A stretch of 64,000 bases of DNA from Thermoanaerobaculia bacterium (GTDB taxonomy: Bacteria; Acidobacteriota; Thermoanaerobaculia; Multivoradales; JAGPDF01): positions 246,136 through 310,135 of the forward strand of contig JASNYQ010000001.1 in NCBI GenBank assembly GCA_048500095.1. The letters run 5' to 3'. Below, piece after piece: positions 1 to 12,804 of the stretch. Below the pieces are notes generated by a model. The model had not been told where the DNA came from, did no database searches, and saw only the letters and a program-made list of their open reading frames with translations. How positions within the stretch are numbered: position 1 is the first letter of the stretch; each line of letters starts with the position of its first letter. Made by a program: the position numbers and the translations under genes.

Positions 1-1493
<1,493 letters not shown>

Positions 1494-1563
1494 CTACCAG
1501 CGGCTCGCGGAGGGCGGCCTCCCCCCGCGACGGCGATCCGCCGCGGGGGGAGGCGAGGCGCGC

Positions 1564-3078
1564 TCAGCGCGGGGCGGTCGGCGCGTCGTCCGGGTCGGAG
1601 TCCGGCTCCGGCGCGGCCTCGGCGGCAGGTCCCGGCGCGGCGTCTGCCGTCGGCGCGGGCGGCGGAGTCTCCGCGAGCGGCGCGGCTTCCCGCTCCGCGA
1701 CCGGTACGCCCACCAGCGGCTGCACCGCGGCGCGCCGCGCGCGGCTCCGGCTGGCGAGCAGGAGGAGCGCCGCGCCGAAGCCGACCGTCCAGGCGAGGTA
1801 GCGCGCGAAGAAGCCGAGGATCGCGATCAGGGTGCCGAACCCGCCGACCCAGCCTCCGGCCAGGTCCAGGACCTCGCCCAGGAGCGACAGCGACCCGATC
1901 GCCACGATCCCGACGAGCGCCTGGCCATAGGGCCCCGGCCCTCCCCAACCGAAGCGGCCGCGCAGCCAGCGCCCGACCGCCAGGGCCACCCCCGCGTACC
2001 CGACCAGGGCCGCCAGGAGCAGGGCGATGATCAGGAACGGCACCAGGAGCAGCAGCGGGATGCCGATCACCGAGATGACCAGCACGAGGACGACGAGCAG
2101 CAGGAGGGGCAGCACGAGGAGCTCGGCCAAGAGGCCGACGAGACCGGCCGACCACGCCTCGGACGCCGCCCGCGCCGCGACGCGCTCGCCCGCCGCACGC
2201 CCCACGAGGAGCACCAGGCAGACCAGCAGGGCGAGCAGCGCGAGGCCGAGGAGATGCCGGAGGAGGTCGGCGCCCTCGCGGGCGAAGCGGCTCTCGTCGC
2301 GGGCGGCCTCGACGTGGCGGCGGACCTTGCCGCCCCGCAGGTCGTGCCAGACCGAGTCGCCGAACGCGACCTCGGAGATCTTGCCGCCGACCTCCGCGCC
2401 CGGGGCGCGGCGGATGACGCCGCCGACCGAGACCACCTCCCCGAGGACCTTCGCCCCCTCCTCGAGCGTCACGCCGCCGCCCACCGCGACGACGTCGCCG
2501 GTCACCTCGCCCACGACGGTGACCGAACCGCCGATCGCGACCGCATCCCCCTCCACTCGGCCGCGCACCTCGAGCGAGCCGGCGAAGGAGACCACCTCGC
2601 TCGCCACCTCCCCCTCCTCGACCACGACCCGCCGTCCGAAGGCGACTCGCGAGTCGGACGCCTGCGACCGGCGGCCGCGGCCCGTCTCCACGGACTCCAC
2701 GACCGGCTCGTCCCCTTCGCGCGGGGGCAGCCCGAGGAGCTCCCTCCGCTCGGCGAGCGGCAGGGCCGCGAGCCCGGCGAGCTGCTCGGCCGCGTCGCCC
2801 AGCTCGGCCGCGAGCTCCTCGCCCGCGAGGGCGCGGCCGCGCACGAGGATCGCCTCCCCGTCGTCCGGGAGCTCGACCTGCGGCAACTTCTCGCCCCCAC
2901 GCGGCCGCAGGAGCAGGCGATCGCTGAGGTCGATGACCTCGAACCGCTCCTCGATCGCGGTCCGGTCCAGATCCTGGGCGAGCGCCGCTCCCGCGGCGGC
3001 GAGGAGGGCCAGCAGAGCGGCGGCGGCGAAGCGGCCCGCAGCACGGTAGCCGCGGGCTTCACGAGACGTAGAGCGCAT
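1564..3078 (-). CDS. Secreted/membrane protein with bactofilin-like beta-helical repeats, a polytopic TM region and an acidic Pro/Ala-rich tail
   Basis: ATG at 3078 preceded by GGAGAGGGAGAAAGGAG. Signal peptide (FAAAALLALLAAAGAALA). Repeats GDAVAIGGSVTVVGEVTGDVVAVGGGVTLEEGAKVLGEVVSVGG, then several hydrophobic helices. Overlaps the anti-sigma gene by 20 nt, so likely the same operon. Confidence 0.55.
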   Translation of the reverse strand: MRSTSREARGYRAAGRFAAAALLALLAAAGAALAQDLDRTAIEERFEVIDLSDRLLLRPRGGEKLPQVELPDDGEAILVRGRALAGEELAAELGDAAEQLAGLAALPLAERRELLGLPPREGDEPVVESVETGRGRRSQASDSRVAFGRRVVVEEGEVASEVVSFAGSLEVRGRVEGDAVAIGGSVTVVGEVTGDVVAVGGGVTLEEGAKVLGEVVSVGGVIRRAPGAEVGGKISEVAFGDSVWHDLRGGKVRRHVEAARDESRFAREGADLLRHLLGLALLALLVCLVLLVGRAAGERVAARAASEAWSAGLVGLLAELLVLPLLLLVVLVLVISVIGIPLLLLVPFLIIALLLAALVGYAGVALAVGRWLRGRFGWGGPGPYGQALVGIVAIGSLSLLGEVLDLAGGWVGGFGTLIAILGFFARYLAWTVGFGAALLLLASRSRARRAAVQPLVGVPVAEREAAPLAETPPPAPTADAAPGPAAEAAPEPDSDPDDAPTAPR

Positions 3079-3604
3079 AGACCACTCCTTTCTCCCTCTC
3101 CACCCAGCGTGCGAGAGAGACCAGCGCGAGGAACGAAACGAGAACGAGCGAGGCGGCCACCCCGACGAGCCAAGGTCCGGCGAGCGCTCGCGCCAGCGGA
3201 TCGAGGGTCGCGGCGAGGGCGGCCCAGGCCCGGAAGCTGCCGCCGGCCAGCTCGCCGGCAGCGGCGAAGGCGCGCGCCGCGACGGCCGCCGCGGCGCCGA
3301 CGCCACCGGCACCGGCACCGGCGAGGAGCCAGGGAAACCCCGCCGCCACGACCAGGGCCGCCGCAGCCAACAGCAGGCGCCGCCAGCGGCGGTGCCGCGA
3401 ACCCGAGACCGCTTCCTCCCCCTCGATGCGCGCGAGCACCCGGCCGGCGAAGCCCGCCGCCGGCGCCGGCTCGTCGAGAGCGGCGAAGAGGGCCGCGAGG
3501 CGGCGGTCGGCCTCCGGGACGTCCGCATCCGCCTCGGCGCGCAGCCAGGCGCTCAGCTCGTCGGGGGTGATCTCTCGGTGCTCGCGCATCTCCGTTCCGT
3601 CCAT
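3059..3604 (-). CDS. Putative membrane anti-sigma factor
   Basis: Immediately downstream of the ECF sigma gene. N-terminal cytoplasmic helix-rich segment (TPDELSAWLRAEAD..ADRRLAALFAAL) followed by a TM segment. Identified by position and topology only. Confidence 0.5.
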   Translation of the reverse strand: MDGTEMREHREITPDELSAWLRAEADADVPEADRRLAALFAALDEPAPAAGFAGRVLARIEGEEAVSGSRHRRWRRLLLAAAALVVAAGFPWLLAGAGAGGVGAAAAVAARAFAAAGELAGGSFRAWAALAATLDPLARALAGPWLVGVAASLVLVSFLALVSLARWVEREKGVVYALYVS

Positions 3605-3610
3605 CCCGCC

Positions 3611-4264
3611 CTACGCTCCCTTCCGGCCCCCGGTTTCACTCCCCGCGCCGGGGAGCCGGTACCCCTCGACCGCGAGCGCCCTCGCGAGCTCGGCCCGCCC
3701 GCGATGGAGGAAGGTCTTCACCGTTCCCAGCGGCAGGCCCAGGACCTCGGCGATCTCCTCGTACGCGAGCTGGCGCTGGAACCGCAGCAGCAGCGCCGAC
3801 CGGTACTCGGGGCGCAGGCGGGCGAGCGCCCGCTCGAGGGCGCGTGCGAGGTCGCGCCCCACCGCCCGCGCTTCGGGGTCGACCGCCGAGGGATCGGCGA
3901 TCTCCCGCTCGCGCCCCTCCTCGTCGCCGGGCGGCTCGAGCGGGAGGAGGAACGCCGCGCGGCGCCGCCGCAAGGCGTCGATCGCCCCGTTGTGGGCGAT
4001 GCGCAGCAGCCAGCTCGCGAACCGCCGCTCCGGGTCGAAGGTCGGGAGCGCCCGCCAGGCGCGCAGGAAGACCTCCTGTGCGAGGTCCTCGGCGAGCGCG
4101 GGGTCGCGCACCAAGCGCACCACCAGCCCGAAGACCGGCCGCTCGAAGCGGCGCACGAGCTCGGCGAACGCCTCCGTCGAGCCTCCGCAGGCGAGCAGCG
4201 CGAGCGCCTCGTCGGTGGGCGTGGGAAGGGGGCCCTCCGCCCCCCTGTTCGCGGTCTCTTGCAT
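3611..4264 (-). CDS. ECF-subfamily RNA polymerase sigma-70 factor
   Basis: Region 2 (LVRRFERPVFGLVVRLVRDPALAEDLAQEVFLRAWRAL) and region 4 (YEEIAEVLGLPLGTVKTFLHRGRAEL) motifs. Confidence 0.85.
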   Translation of the reverse strand: MQETANRGAEGPLPTPTDEALALLACGGSTEAFAELVRRFERPVFGLVVRLVRDPALAEDLAQEVFLRAWRALPTFDPERRFASWLLRIAHNGAIDALRRRRAAFLLPLEPPGDEEGREREIADPSAVDPEARAVGRDLARALERALARLRPEYRSALLLRFQRQLAYEEIAEVLGLPLGTVKTFLHRGRAELARALAVEGYRLPGAGSETGGRKGA

Positions 4265-4278
4265 CGCCGGGCGCTGTC

Positions 4279-4286
4279 GCTAGACT
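4279..4286 (+). promoter_or_regulatory. GCTAGACT -10-like element in the divergent sigma/CHI intergenic region (overlaps TAGTCT on the opposite strand)
   Basis: cgctagactaccg. The same core as at 13920, 20760, 24021 and 52748. Confidence 0.35.
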
Positions 4287-4337
4287 ACCGCAGCAGCTCG
4301 CGAGCCCACGCCGCCGCTTCCCAGGGAGGCCCCGTCC

Positions 4338-4907
4338 ATGCGATCGCGTTTCCTCGTCCCCACCCTCTTCCTCGCCGCGGCGGGTCTCCTCGCCGCGGAG
4401 GCTCGCGCCGGATCGCTCGCCGGGGTGACGCTGCCGGATCGCGCCACCGTCGGCGAACAGAGCCTGGCCCTCAACGGCCTCGGGCTCCGCTCCCGCTACG
4501 GCATCAAGGTCTACGTGGCCGGGCTCTACCTCGCGGCGAAGCAGTCGGATCCGGCCGCGATCCTCGCCGCCGACGCGCCGCGCCGGATGGTGATGCACTT
4601 CCTGCGCGAGGTGGACCGGACGCGGATCTGCGAGGGGTGGAGCGAAGGGCTGGCCGCGAACACGGCGAACCCCTCCGCGGCCCTCCGGCAGCAGTTCGGC
4701 GAGCTCTGCACGCAGATGGCCGACGCCGCCGAGGGGACGGAGGTCGTGCTCACCTACCTGCCCGGCGAGGGGACGTCGGTCCAGGTCGGCGGCGCCGTGC
4801 GCGCCCGGATCCCCGGCAAGGACTTCGCCGACGCCCTCCTCGCCTGCTGGATCGGACCGCGTCCGGGGCCGGGCGAGTCGTTCAAGCGGTCGCTCCTCGG
4901 CGGCTGA
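4338..4907 (+). CDS. Chalcone-isomerase-like (CHI-like) periplasmic protein
   Basis: Signal peptide. SLALNGLGLRSRYGIKVYVAGLYL matches the CHI-like family core. RBS GGGAGG upstream. GCTAGACT element at 4279-4286. Confidence 0.7.
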   Translation: MRSRFLVPTLFLAAAGLLAAEARAGSLAGVTLPDRATVGEQSLALNGLGLRSRYGIKVYVAGLYLAAKQSDPAAILAADAPRRMVMHFLREVDRTRICEGWSEGLAANTANPSAALRQQFGELCTQMADAAEGTEVVLTYLPGEGTSVQVGGAVRARIPGKDFADALLACWIGPRPGPGESFKRSLLGG

Positions 4908-4918
4908 GCCGGACCGCG

Positions 4919-5881
4919 TTGCGCCCACCGCTCGCGCTCCTCCTCGCCGCCCTCGCCCTCGCGCCGGGGCCGGCGGCTACCGCGGCGGACCCGGCGGTCC
5001 GCGAGCGGGTGGACGCCCCGCCGGGCGGCCCGCCGGTGCACCTCGGCCCGGCCCTCCCGCTCGCCACCCCCGGCGAGACCGGCGAAGCGCTCCTCGGCCA
5101 GGGCCTCGCCGCCTACACCGCCGCGCGCCGGGCCCAGGAGCGCGGCGGAGGCCTGCCGGCGGGAGTGCGCGTCGGCGGCCTCGCCCTCCCGCTGCCGCTG
5201 GCTCCCCTCGATCCGTTCGCCGCGATGCGCGCCCGACTCGCGGCGGCCGGCCCCGTCGGCCCCGTCGCCTGGGCCGCCGCGGAGCGGCACCCCGGCGCCG
5301 GCTCCGACCGGCTCGCCCGCGACGCGATCGCTCTCGCCCTGGCCGAGATCGAGGCGAGGATGGGCCGCGCCGAGTTCGACCGCGCTCTCGACCTGCTGGC
5401 GCAGCGACCTCGGCACGGCCCCGCCGGCACCGACGACCTCCTGCGTGCCCTCGGCAGCGTCACCGGGGAGGACCTCTCCGGCCTCTGGCAGGAGCTCGCG
5501 GGCGGCGCCGCCCTGGTCGATGTCGGCGTCGTGGTCGCCGCCAGCCAGCCCGACCCGACGCGGCCCGGCGTCGAGCTCGGGCGGACCACCATCGTCCACC
5601 GCGGCGGGCCGAGGCTGCCGCTCACGATCGAGCTCCGGTTCGCCGACGGCACCCGGCGCCACGTGCGCTGGGACGGCCGGGACGACTGGCTCCGGATCCA
5701 CAGCGAGGGCCCCCGGCTCGTCGCGGTCCGGCTCGAGCCCTCGCGCTCCTCGCCGCTGGCCGCGAGCCGGCTCGACGACGCCCGGCTCGTCGATCCCGAT
5801 CCCCGGCCGCGCCGCCGCGCGCTGCAGCGGCTGCGGTTCCTCGCCCAGCTCTTCCTCGAGGCTCTGGCGGACCTGGCATGA
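4919..5881 (+). CDS. Secreted hypothetical protein (TTG start assumed)
   Basis: Signal-peptide-like LRPPLALLLAALALAPGPAATAAD. Coherent non-repetitive translation ending with a TGA that overlaps the next ATG (ATGA at 5878-5881). Start codon uncertain. Confidence 0.45.
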   Translation: MRPPLALLLAALALAPGPAATAADPAVRERVDAPPGGPPVHLGPALPLATPGETGEALLGQGLAAYTAARRAQERGGGLPAGVRVGGLALPLPLAPLDPFAAMRARLAAAGPVGPVAWAAAERHPGAGSDRLARDAIALALAEIEARMGRAEFDRALDLLAQRPRHGPAGTDDLLRALGSVTGEDLSGLWQELAGGAALVDVGVVVAASQPDPTRPGVELGRTTIVHRGGPRLPLTIELRFADGTRRHVRWDGRDDWLRIHSEGPRLVAVRLEPSRSSPLAASRLDDARLVDPDPRPRRRALQRLRFLAQLFLEALADLA

Positions 5882-6828
5882 GGCCGCGCGACGCCGGCGG
5901 TGCGCTCTGGAGGGCGGTGGCGGAGACGGCGCGGCGCCCCGGCCTCGCGGCCGCCCTGGCCGCCCCGGGCCTGCTCTCCGCCTGGCTCGTCGTGGCCCCC
6001 GCACGCCGCCCACTGGCCCGTGCCCTCGACTTCGCTCCGGATGCCGGCGCCGCCGGGGCGGCCGACCTCGGACTCGCCGCCCCCGGCCTGCTCGCCCCGC
6101 CGGACCTCTCCCTGCTCCTGCACGGCGGCGAGCTCTCCGACCTCGTGCGCGCGCTCGCCGCGCACGCCCTGCCGGCGAGCGCGCTCGCCTGCGCGGCCCT
6201 CCTCGGGCTGCTCCACGGGCCGCTCCAGTGCGCCGGCCTGGATGCCCTGCGGAAGCGCTCGGTCGGCCCCGGGGCGCTGCTCGCCGCCGCCGCGCGCTTC
6301 GCCCTCCCCGCGAGCGCGCTCTCGCTGCTCGCGCTGGCGGGCTACGCCCTCTCCGCCGCCCTCGGCCTGCGCCTCCTCGGCGCGGCGCGCTCGCTGGCCG
6401 GAGACGAGGCACCGAACGCCCTCGGCGTCGCCGCCATCGGCTCGCTGGTCGTCGTGCTGCTCTTCGCGGTCCGCTCGTTGCTCGACATCTCGCGCGCCCG
6501 CCTGGTCGAGCGGGGCCCGGCCGACTGGCTGCGACCCGCGCTCGCGGCGCTCGCGCGTCTGCCGCGGCTCGCACCCGCGCTCGCCCTGCTCTACGTCGCC
6601 TACGGCACGGCGCGGGTCCTCCTGCTGGCAGGGGCCTGGTCGGCGGCCCTGATCGCCACCGGCAGCTGGCTGGGGCTCGCGCTCGCCTTCGCCGTCCAGC
6701 AGGCGCTGGCAGCCGCGGCGGCGGGGCTGCGTCTGGCGCGCCTCCAGGCGGTGCGGCGCCTCCTGCTCCTGGCCGAGGCGCGCTCCGCGCCGCCGGCCTA
6801 CAAGGTCGAGGTCACGGCCGGGCGCTGA
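5878..6828 (+). CDS. Hypothetical polytopic membrane protein
   Basis: Start overlaps the upstream stop (ATGA). Multiple hydrophobic segments. No recognisable family. Confidence 0.4.
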   Translation: MRPRDAGGALWRAVAETARRPGLAAALAAPGLLSAWLVVAPARRPLARALDFAPDAGAAGAADLGLAAPGLLAPPDLSLLLHGGELSDLVRALAAHALPASALACAALLGLLHGPLQCAGLDALRKRSVGPGALLAAAARFALPASALSLLALAGYALSAALGLRLLGAARSLAGDEAPNALGVAAIGSLVVVLLFAVRSLLDISRARLVERGPADWLRPALAALARLPRLAPALALLYVAYGTARVLLLAGAWSAALIATGSWLGLALAFAVQQALAAAAAGLRLARLQAVRRLLLLAEARSAPPAYKVEVTAGR

Positions 6829-7843
6829 GCGGGGGCGCCGCCGCGGCGCCGTCGAGGAAGCCGTGGCGGCGCATCCAGTCGTCGCAGTAGATCGAGCTCA
6901 GGTAGCGCGTGCCCGAATCGCAGAAGATCGTGGCGACGCGCGCCGGGCGGCCCAGCCCCGCGATCACCTGCCGCACTCCCCAGAGCGCGGCACCGCTCGA
7001 ACCGCCGGCGAGGATTCCCTCGCTGCGGGCGAGATCGCGGGCGGCGAGAAACGCCTCCCGGTCGGTGACCTGCAGCATCTCGTCGATGCGCTCGAACTCG
7101 GGGCAGGCGATGACCTCCTCGTCACCCAGACCCTCGAGGAGGTAGCGCCCGGGAGCGCCGTGCCGGCCGGTGCGGAAGTGGTCCGTGAAGACCGAGCCGG
7201 CCACGTCCACCGCCACCACCCGCACGCGCGGGTCCTGCTCCTTGAGGTAGCGCGAGACGCCGGAGACCGTGCCACCGGTGCCGATACCGCAGACGAAGAC
7301 GTCGATCCGGCCGTCCATCTGGCGCCAGATCTCGGGGCCGGTGGTCAGGTAGTGCGCGTCGTTGTTCTCCCGGTTGTTGTGCTGGTCGGGGAAGAAGGCA
7401 CCGGGGATCGACGCCGCGAGCTCCCGCGCCTTGCGGTTGTAGCTCTCCGGGTGCTCGGGCGGCAGGTCGCCGTCGACCAGCACCAGCTCGACCCCCATCG
7501 CCCGCAGGCAGTCGAGCTTCTCCCGGCTGGTCTGGCGGCGCACCACCATCACGCAGCGCAGGCCGTGCTCGACCGCGACCATCGCCAGGCCCATCGCGGT
7601 GTTGCCCGACGAGGCCTCCACGACGACGCCCCCCGGCCGCAGACGGCCGTCGGCCAGCGCCCTCTCGATCATGTGCCGGGCGATCCGGTCCTTCACGCTG
7701 CCCCCCGGGTTGAGGAACTCGAGCTTCGCGTAGACCTCGCCGGAGAAGCCGGGGACCGACCGCCGCAGGCGCACGAGAGGCGTGCCGCCGACGGCGTCCC
7801 CGAGACGCTCGCAGACTCTCTGGTCACTCATCGCCCGCAGCAT
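6812..7843 (-). CDS. cysK: PLP-dependent cysteine synthase / cystathionine beta-synthase family (CysK/CysM-like)
   Basis: LNPGGSVKDRIARHMIERALADG...VEASSGNTAMGLAMVA...GIGTGGTVSGV. Lys-PLP motif SVKDR and the GTGGT loop are present. Start may be 7843 or 7831. Confidence 0.85.
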   Translation of the reverse strand: MLRAMSDQRVCERLGDAVGGTPLVRLRRSVPGFSGEVYAKLEFLNPGGSVKDRIARHMIERALADGRLRPGGVVVEASSGNTAMGLAMVAVEHGLRCVMVVRRQTSREKLDCLRAMGVELVLVDGDLPPEHPESYNRKARELAASIPGAFFPDQHNNRENNDAHYLTTGPEIWRQMDGRIDVFVCGIGTGGTVSGVSRYLKEQDPRVRVVAVDVAGSVFTDHFRTGRHGAPGRYLLEGLGDEEVIACPEFERIDEMLQVTDREAFLAARDLARSEGILAGGSSGAALWGVRQVIAGLGRPARVATIFCDSGTRYLSSIYCDDWMRRHGFLDGAAAAPPLSARP

Positions 7844-7884
7844 AGCAACGGCGAGACCGGGAGCGCCCGGCGCAGACGAGAGAA

Positions 7885-7910
7885 GGGGACGGGCCGCGCG
7901 GCCCGTCCCC
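7885..7910 (-). terminator. Rho-independent terminator downstream of sdhB
   Basis: Perfect hairpin GGGGACGGGCCG-CG-CGGCCCGTCCCC, followed on the minus strand by TTCTCTCGTCT. Confidence 0.5.
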
Positions 7911-7938
7911 GCTCCCCGCCACGCGGCCGCCGGCCGCC

Positions 7939-8714
7939 TCAGGCCCCGCCGCCCCCACCCCTCGCCTTCGGGTCGCGCCAGAGGGAGGCCCGGAGGAAGT
8001 CGTGGTTCAGGCGCGCGATGAAGTCGATCGAGATCTCCTTCGGGCAGGCCGCCTCGCACTCGCCGTAGTTGGTGCAGGAACCGAACGCCTCCTGCTCCAT
8101 CTGCGCCACCATCGCCTCGGCCCGCGACCAGCGCTCGGGCTGCCCCTGCGGGAGCAGGCCGAGGTGCGAGATCTTGGCCGCGACGAAGAGCTGCGCCGCA
8201 CCGTTGGGGCACTGCGCCACGCAGGCACCGCAGCCGATGCAGGAGGCGGCGTCCATCGCCAGGTCGGCGGCCCCCTTGGGAACCGGGATCGCGTTGCCGT
8301 CCGGGGCCGACCCGGTGTTGACGGAGATGTAGCCGCCCACCTGGATGATGCGGTCGAGGGCGCCGCGGTCGACGACCAGATCCTTGATCACCGGGAACGC
8401 CTGGCTGCGCCACGGCTCGATGGTGATCTCGTCGCCGTCCTTGAACAGCCGCATGTGGAGCTGACAGGCGGTGGTGCCCTCGAGCGGACCGTGCGCCTCG
8501 CCGTTGATCATCATGCCGCAGGTGCCGCAGATCCCCTCGCGGCAGTCGTGGTCGAAGTGGATCGGGTCCTCGCCCTTCTCGATCAACCGCTCGTTGACCA
8601 CGTCGAGCATCTCGAGGAAGGACATGTGCTCGCTGATGTCGCGCGCCTCGTAGCTCACGAAGCGCCCCGGCGCGTGGGCGGACTTCTGGCGCCAGACGTG
8701 CAGGGTCAGGTTCA

Positions 8715-8715
<1 letters not shown>
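7939..8715 (-). CDS. sdhB: Succinate dehydrogenase/fumarate reductase iron-sulfur subunit
   Basis: [11 protein letters not shown]...[20 protein letters not shown]...[12 protein letters not shown]...[15 protein letters not shown]: 2Fe-2S, 4Fe-4S and 3Fe-4S cysteine clusters. ATG overlaps the sdhA stop by 1 nt. Confidence 0.9.
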
Positions 8716-10628
<1,913 letters not shown>

Positions 10629-10644
10629 GGCGTCCCTCCTCGGT

Positions 10645-11352
10645 TCAGCGGACGAGCCCGCCGAGCACGGCGAGCGGGAAGGAGACGTTGCCGGCGGTCA
10701 CGATCGCGGCGAACGCCACCGCGAAGCGCTTGCGCCAGGGGTTCAGGGTCGGGCCGTTCCATCCCAGGCTCTGGAACATGCTCCACAGCCCGTGGTAGAG
10801 GTGCAGCCCCAGCATCGCGTTCGCGACGATGTAGAAGCCGGCGATCCAGGGCACCTGGAAGCCGAGCACGATGTTCTCGTACGGCCTCAGGTGCTCGAAC
10901 CCGTCCGGCCCCACCGCCCCGAGGGTCAGGTGGGCGAGGTGGTAGAGGACGAAGAGGGCGATGATCACCCCGCCCCAGCGCACGGTGCGCGAGGCGTAGG
11001 TGGCTTGGATCACGTCGCGCCTCCGGTAGTCGACCGGCCGCGCCGCCCAGCTCAGCCGGGTCAGCACCCAGGCGCAGTGCATGTGCAGCAGCACCGCGGC
11101 GAGGAGCACGACCCTGAAGATCCAGAGCGCCGCGCCGTGGGGCAGCGCCGGCGAGCCCAGCTCGCGGAGCCACGCGCCGTAGACGTTGATCGCGTACTCG
11201 CCCGCGTGGACGCCCTCCTCGTACTTGCCCATGTAGAGCTTGAGGTTGCCGGCCATGTGCACGAGCACGAAGCCGAAGAGCAGGAGGCCGGTGACCGCCA
11301 TCACCGCCTTCTTGCCCAGCGTGGAGCGGTAGAACTGCCCGATCGATCCCAT
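10645..11352 (-). CDS. sdhC: Succinate dehydrogenase cytochrome b subunit (single-subunit b558 type, ~5 TM)
   Basis: [37 protein letters not shown]..., His-containing TM helices. RBS GGAGGAGAGAGG directly upstream. Confidence 0.8.
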   Translation of the reverse strand: MGSIGQFYRSTLGKKAVMAVTGLLLFGFVLVHMAGNLKLYMGKYEEGVHAGEYAINVYGAWLRELGSPALPHGAALWIFRVVLLAAVLLHMHCAWVLTRLSWAARPVDYRRRDVIQATYASRTVRWGGVIIALFVLYHLAHLTLGAVGPDGFEHLRPYENIVLGFQVPWIAGFYIVANAMLGLHLYHGLWSMFQSLGWNGPTLNPWRKRFAVAFAAIVTAGNVSFPLAVLGGLVR

Positions 11353-11417
11353 CCTCTCTCCTCCGCTCGCGGCCGGCACCGGGGCGCCGCCGCGCTCTGT
11401 CGAGATGGCCTGCACTG

Positions 11418-12788
11418 CTACGGTCCGTTGCCCTCCCCGCTCATCGGCTGCCCCTGCGTCCCCCGCCGCCGGCGCCGCCGGGTCCGGCGGCGGCGCGGGG
11501 CCCCCTTGCCCTCCCCGGCCGCGCCTCCTCCCGCGGCCGGGCTTCCGGCGGGCGCCACGAGCTGGAGCCGCGGCGCGTGGGCCGCCTCCGCCTGCCAGAG
11601 CGCCAGCTCCTCGCGCCCCTCTCCCGTCGCCTCGACCAGGAGCTCGAAGAGCTCGAGCCCCTGGCGGAAGAACGGGTTCGCGGCGGCGCGCCGGCGCGCG
11701 CTCTCGCGCCGCGGCACCACACAGAGATCGGCGAAGGAGAGCAGCGTCTCGCGCAGCTCGTGCCCCTTCGCCTTCGGCAGCGAGAAGCGCTCCAGGAACC
11801 CTTCGGAGACCGTGCCCACCATCGCCGCGAGCTCGCTGCGCGGCAGGGTCCGGTGCGCCACCGCCTCGACGTCGTAGCGGCGGAGCAGGAAGCTCGGCAG
11901 CAGCAGCACGGCGAGGAGGACGGTGTCCTTGAAGACGCGGCCGGAGGAAACCAGGCGGTCCACGACCGGCAGCAGCCGCCCGAAGTCGCCGAGGCCCCGC
12001 TGGCCGGCGGCCAGCATCGCGTACGCCTCCGGCAGCTGCACCTCCAGCAGCCCGAGGTCGAGGGCCCACTGCAGCGCCGCCCCGGCGCGCCCGCACTGGA
12101 GCAGCTGCACCAGCTCCTCGGCCAGGCGCGCGGGGGCCGACCGCGAGATCTCGGTCCGCTGCCGGTGCAGCGCCTCCTGGGTCTCGCGCTCGATGCCGAA
12201 GCCGAGCCGTCCGGCCAGCTCGCAGGCGCGCATCATGCGCACCGGGTCCTCGCGGAAGCGCACGTCCGGGTCGCCGATGGCGCGGATCGAGCGCGCCTCG
12301 AGGTCCTCCAGCCCGCCGGTGAAGTCGAGCACGGAGAAGTCGGCGATGTCGTAGAAGAGGGCGTTGACCGTGAAGTCGCGGCGGAAGGCGTCCTGCCGCG
12401 GAGTGCCGAAGGCGTTGTCGCTCGTGATGAGGAGGTCGTCCGGCCCCCCTGCCTGCTCTCCCGGCTCCGGCTCGCGGCGGAACGTAGAGACCTCGATCAC
12501 GCCCTCCTTGAACAGCACGTGCGCCAGGCGGAAGCGCCGGCCGATGATCCGCGCGTTGCGGAAGAGCCGGCGGATCTCGTTGGGCCGGGCGTCGGTGGCG
12601 ACGTCGAAGTCCTTCGGCCGGCGCCCGAGCATGAGGTCGCGCACGCTGCCCCCGACGAGCAGGGCGCGAAAGCCCGCCTCGTGCAGGCGGTAGAGGACCT
12701 TGAGCGCGTTGCGATCGACGAGGCTGCGGGAGATCGGATGCTGCGGTCGTGGAAGGACTCTCGGCTCGATGACATCCACAGCTTCCAC
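11418..12788 (-). CDS. pcnB: Poly(A) polymerase I (tRNA nucleotidyltransferase family) with an Arg-rich C-terminal tail
   Basis: ALKVLYRLHEAGFRALLVGGSVRDLMLGRRPKDFDVATDARPNEIRRLFRNARIIGRRFRLAHV. GTG start at 12788, 8 nt downstream of a TATAAT box (leaderless arrangement). Confidence 0.8.
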   Translation of the reverse strand: MEAVDVIEPRVLPRPQHPISRSLVDRNALKVLYRLHEAGFRALLVGGSVRDLMLGRRPKDFDVATDARPNEIRRLFRNARIIGRRFRLAHVLFKEGVIEVSTFRREPEPGEQAGGPDDLLITSDNAFGTPRQDAFRRDFTVNALFYDIADFSVLDFTGGLEDLEARSIRAIGDPDVRFREDPVRMMRACELAGRLGFGIERETQEALHRQRTEISRSAPARLAEELVQLLQCGRAGAALQWALDLGLLEVQLPEAYAMLAAGQRGLGDFGRLLPVVDRLVSSGRVFKDTVLLAVLLLPSFLLRRYDVEAVAHRTLPRSELAAMVGTVSEGFLERFSLPKAKGHELRETLLSFADLCVVPRRESARRRAAANPFFRQGLELFELLVEATGEGREELALWQAEAAHAPRLQLVAPAGSPAAGGGAAGEGKGAPRRRRTRRRRRRGTQGQPMSGEGNGP

Positions 12789-12804
12789 GACGACCGATTA
12801 TAGC
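12789..12804 (-). promoter_or_regulatory. Putative leaderless promoter -10 (GGCTATAAT-CGGTCGTC-GTG) for pcnB
   Basis: Minus strand reads GGCTATAATCGGTCGTCGTG. No SD between the box and the start codon. Confidence 0.4.

Noticed and set aside
3392-6574. ORFs 3392..5881 (+) in full, 3636..4928 (-), 4754..6574 (-) and 5445..6890 (+)
   Set aside because: Only the 3' third of 3392..5881 (from ~4919) reads as a plausible secreted protein. The other ORFs are antisense to the sigma factor, CHI-like and membrane-protein genes.
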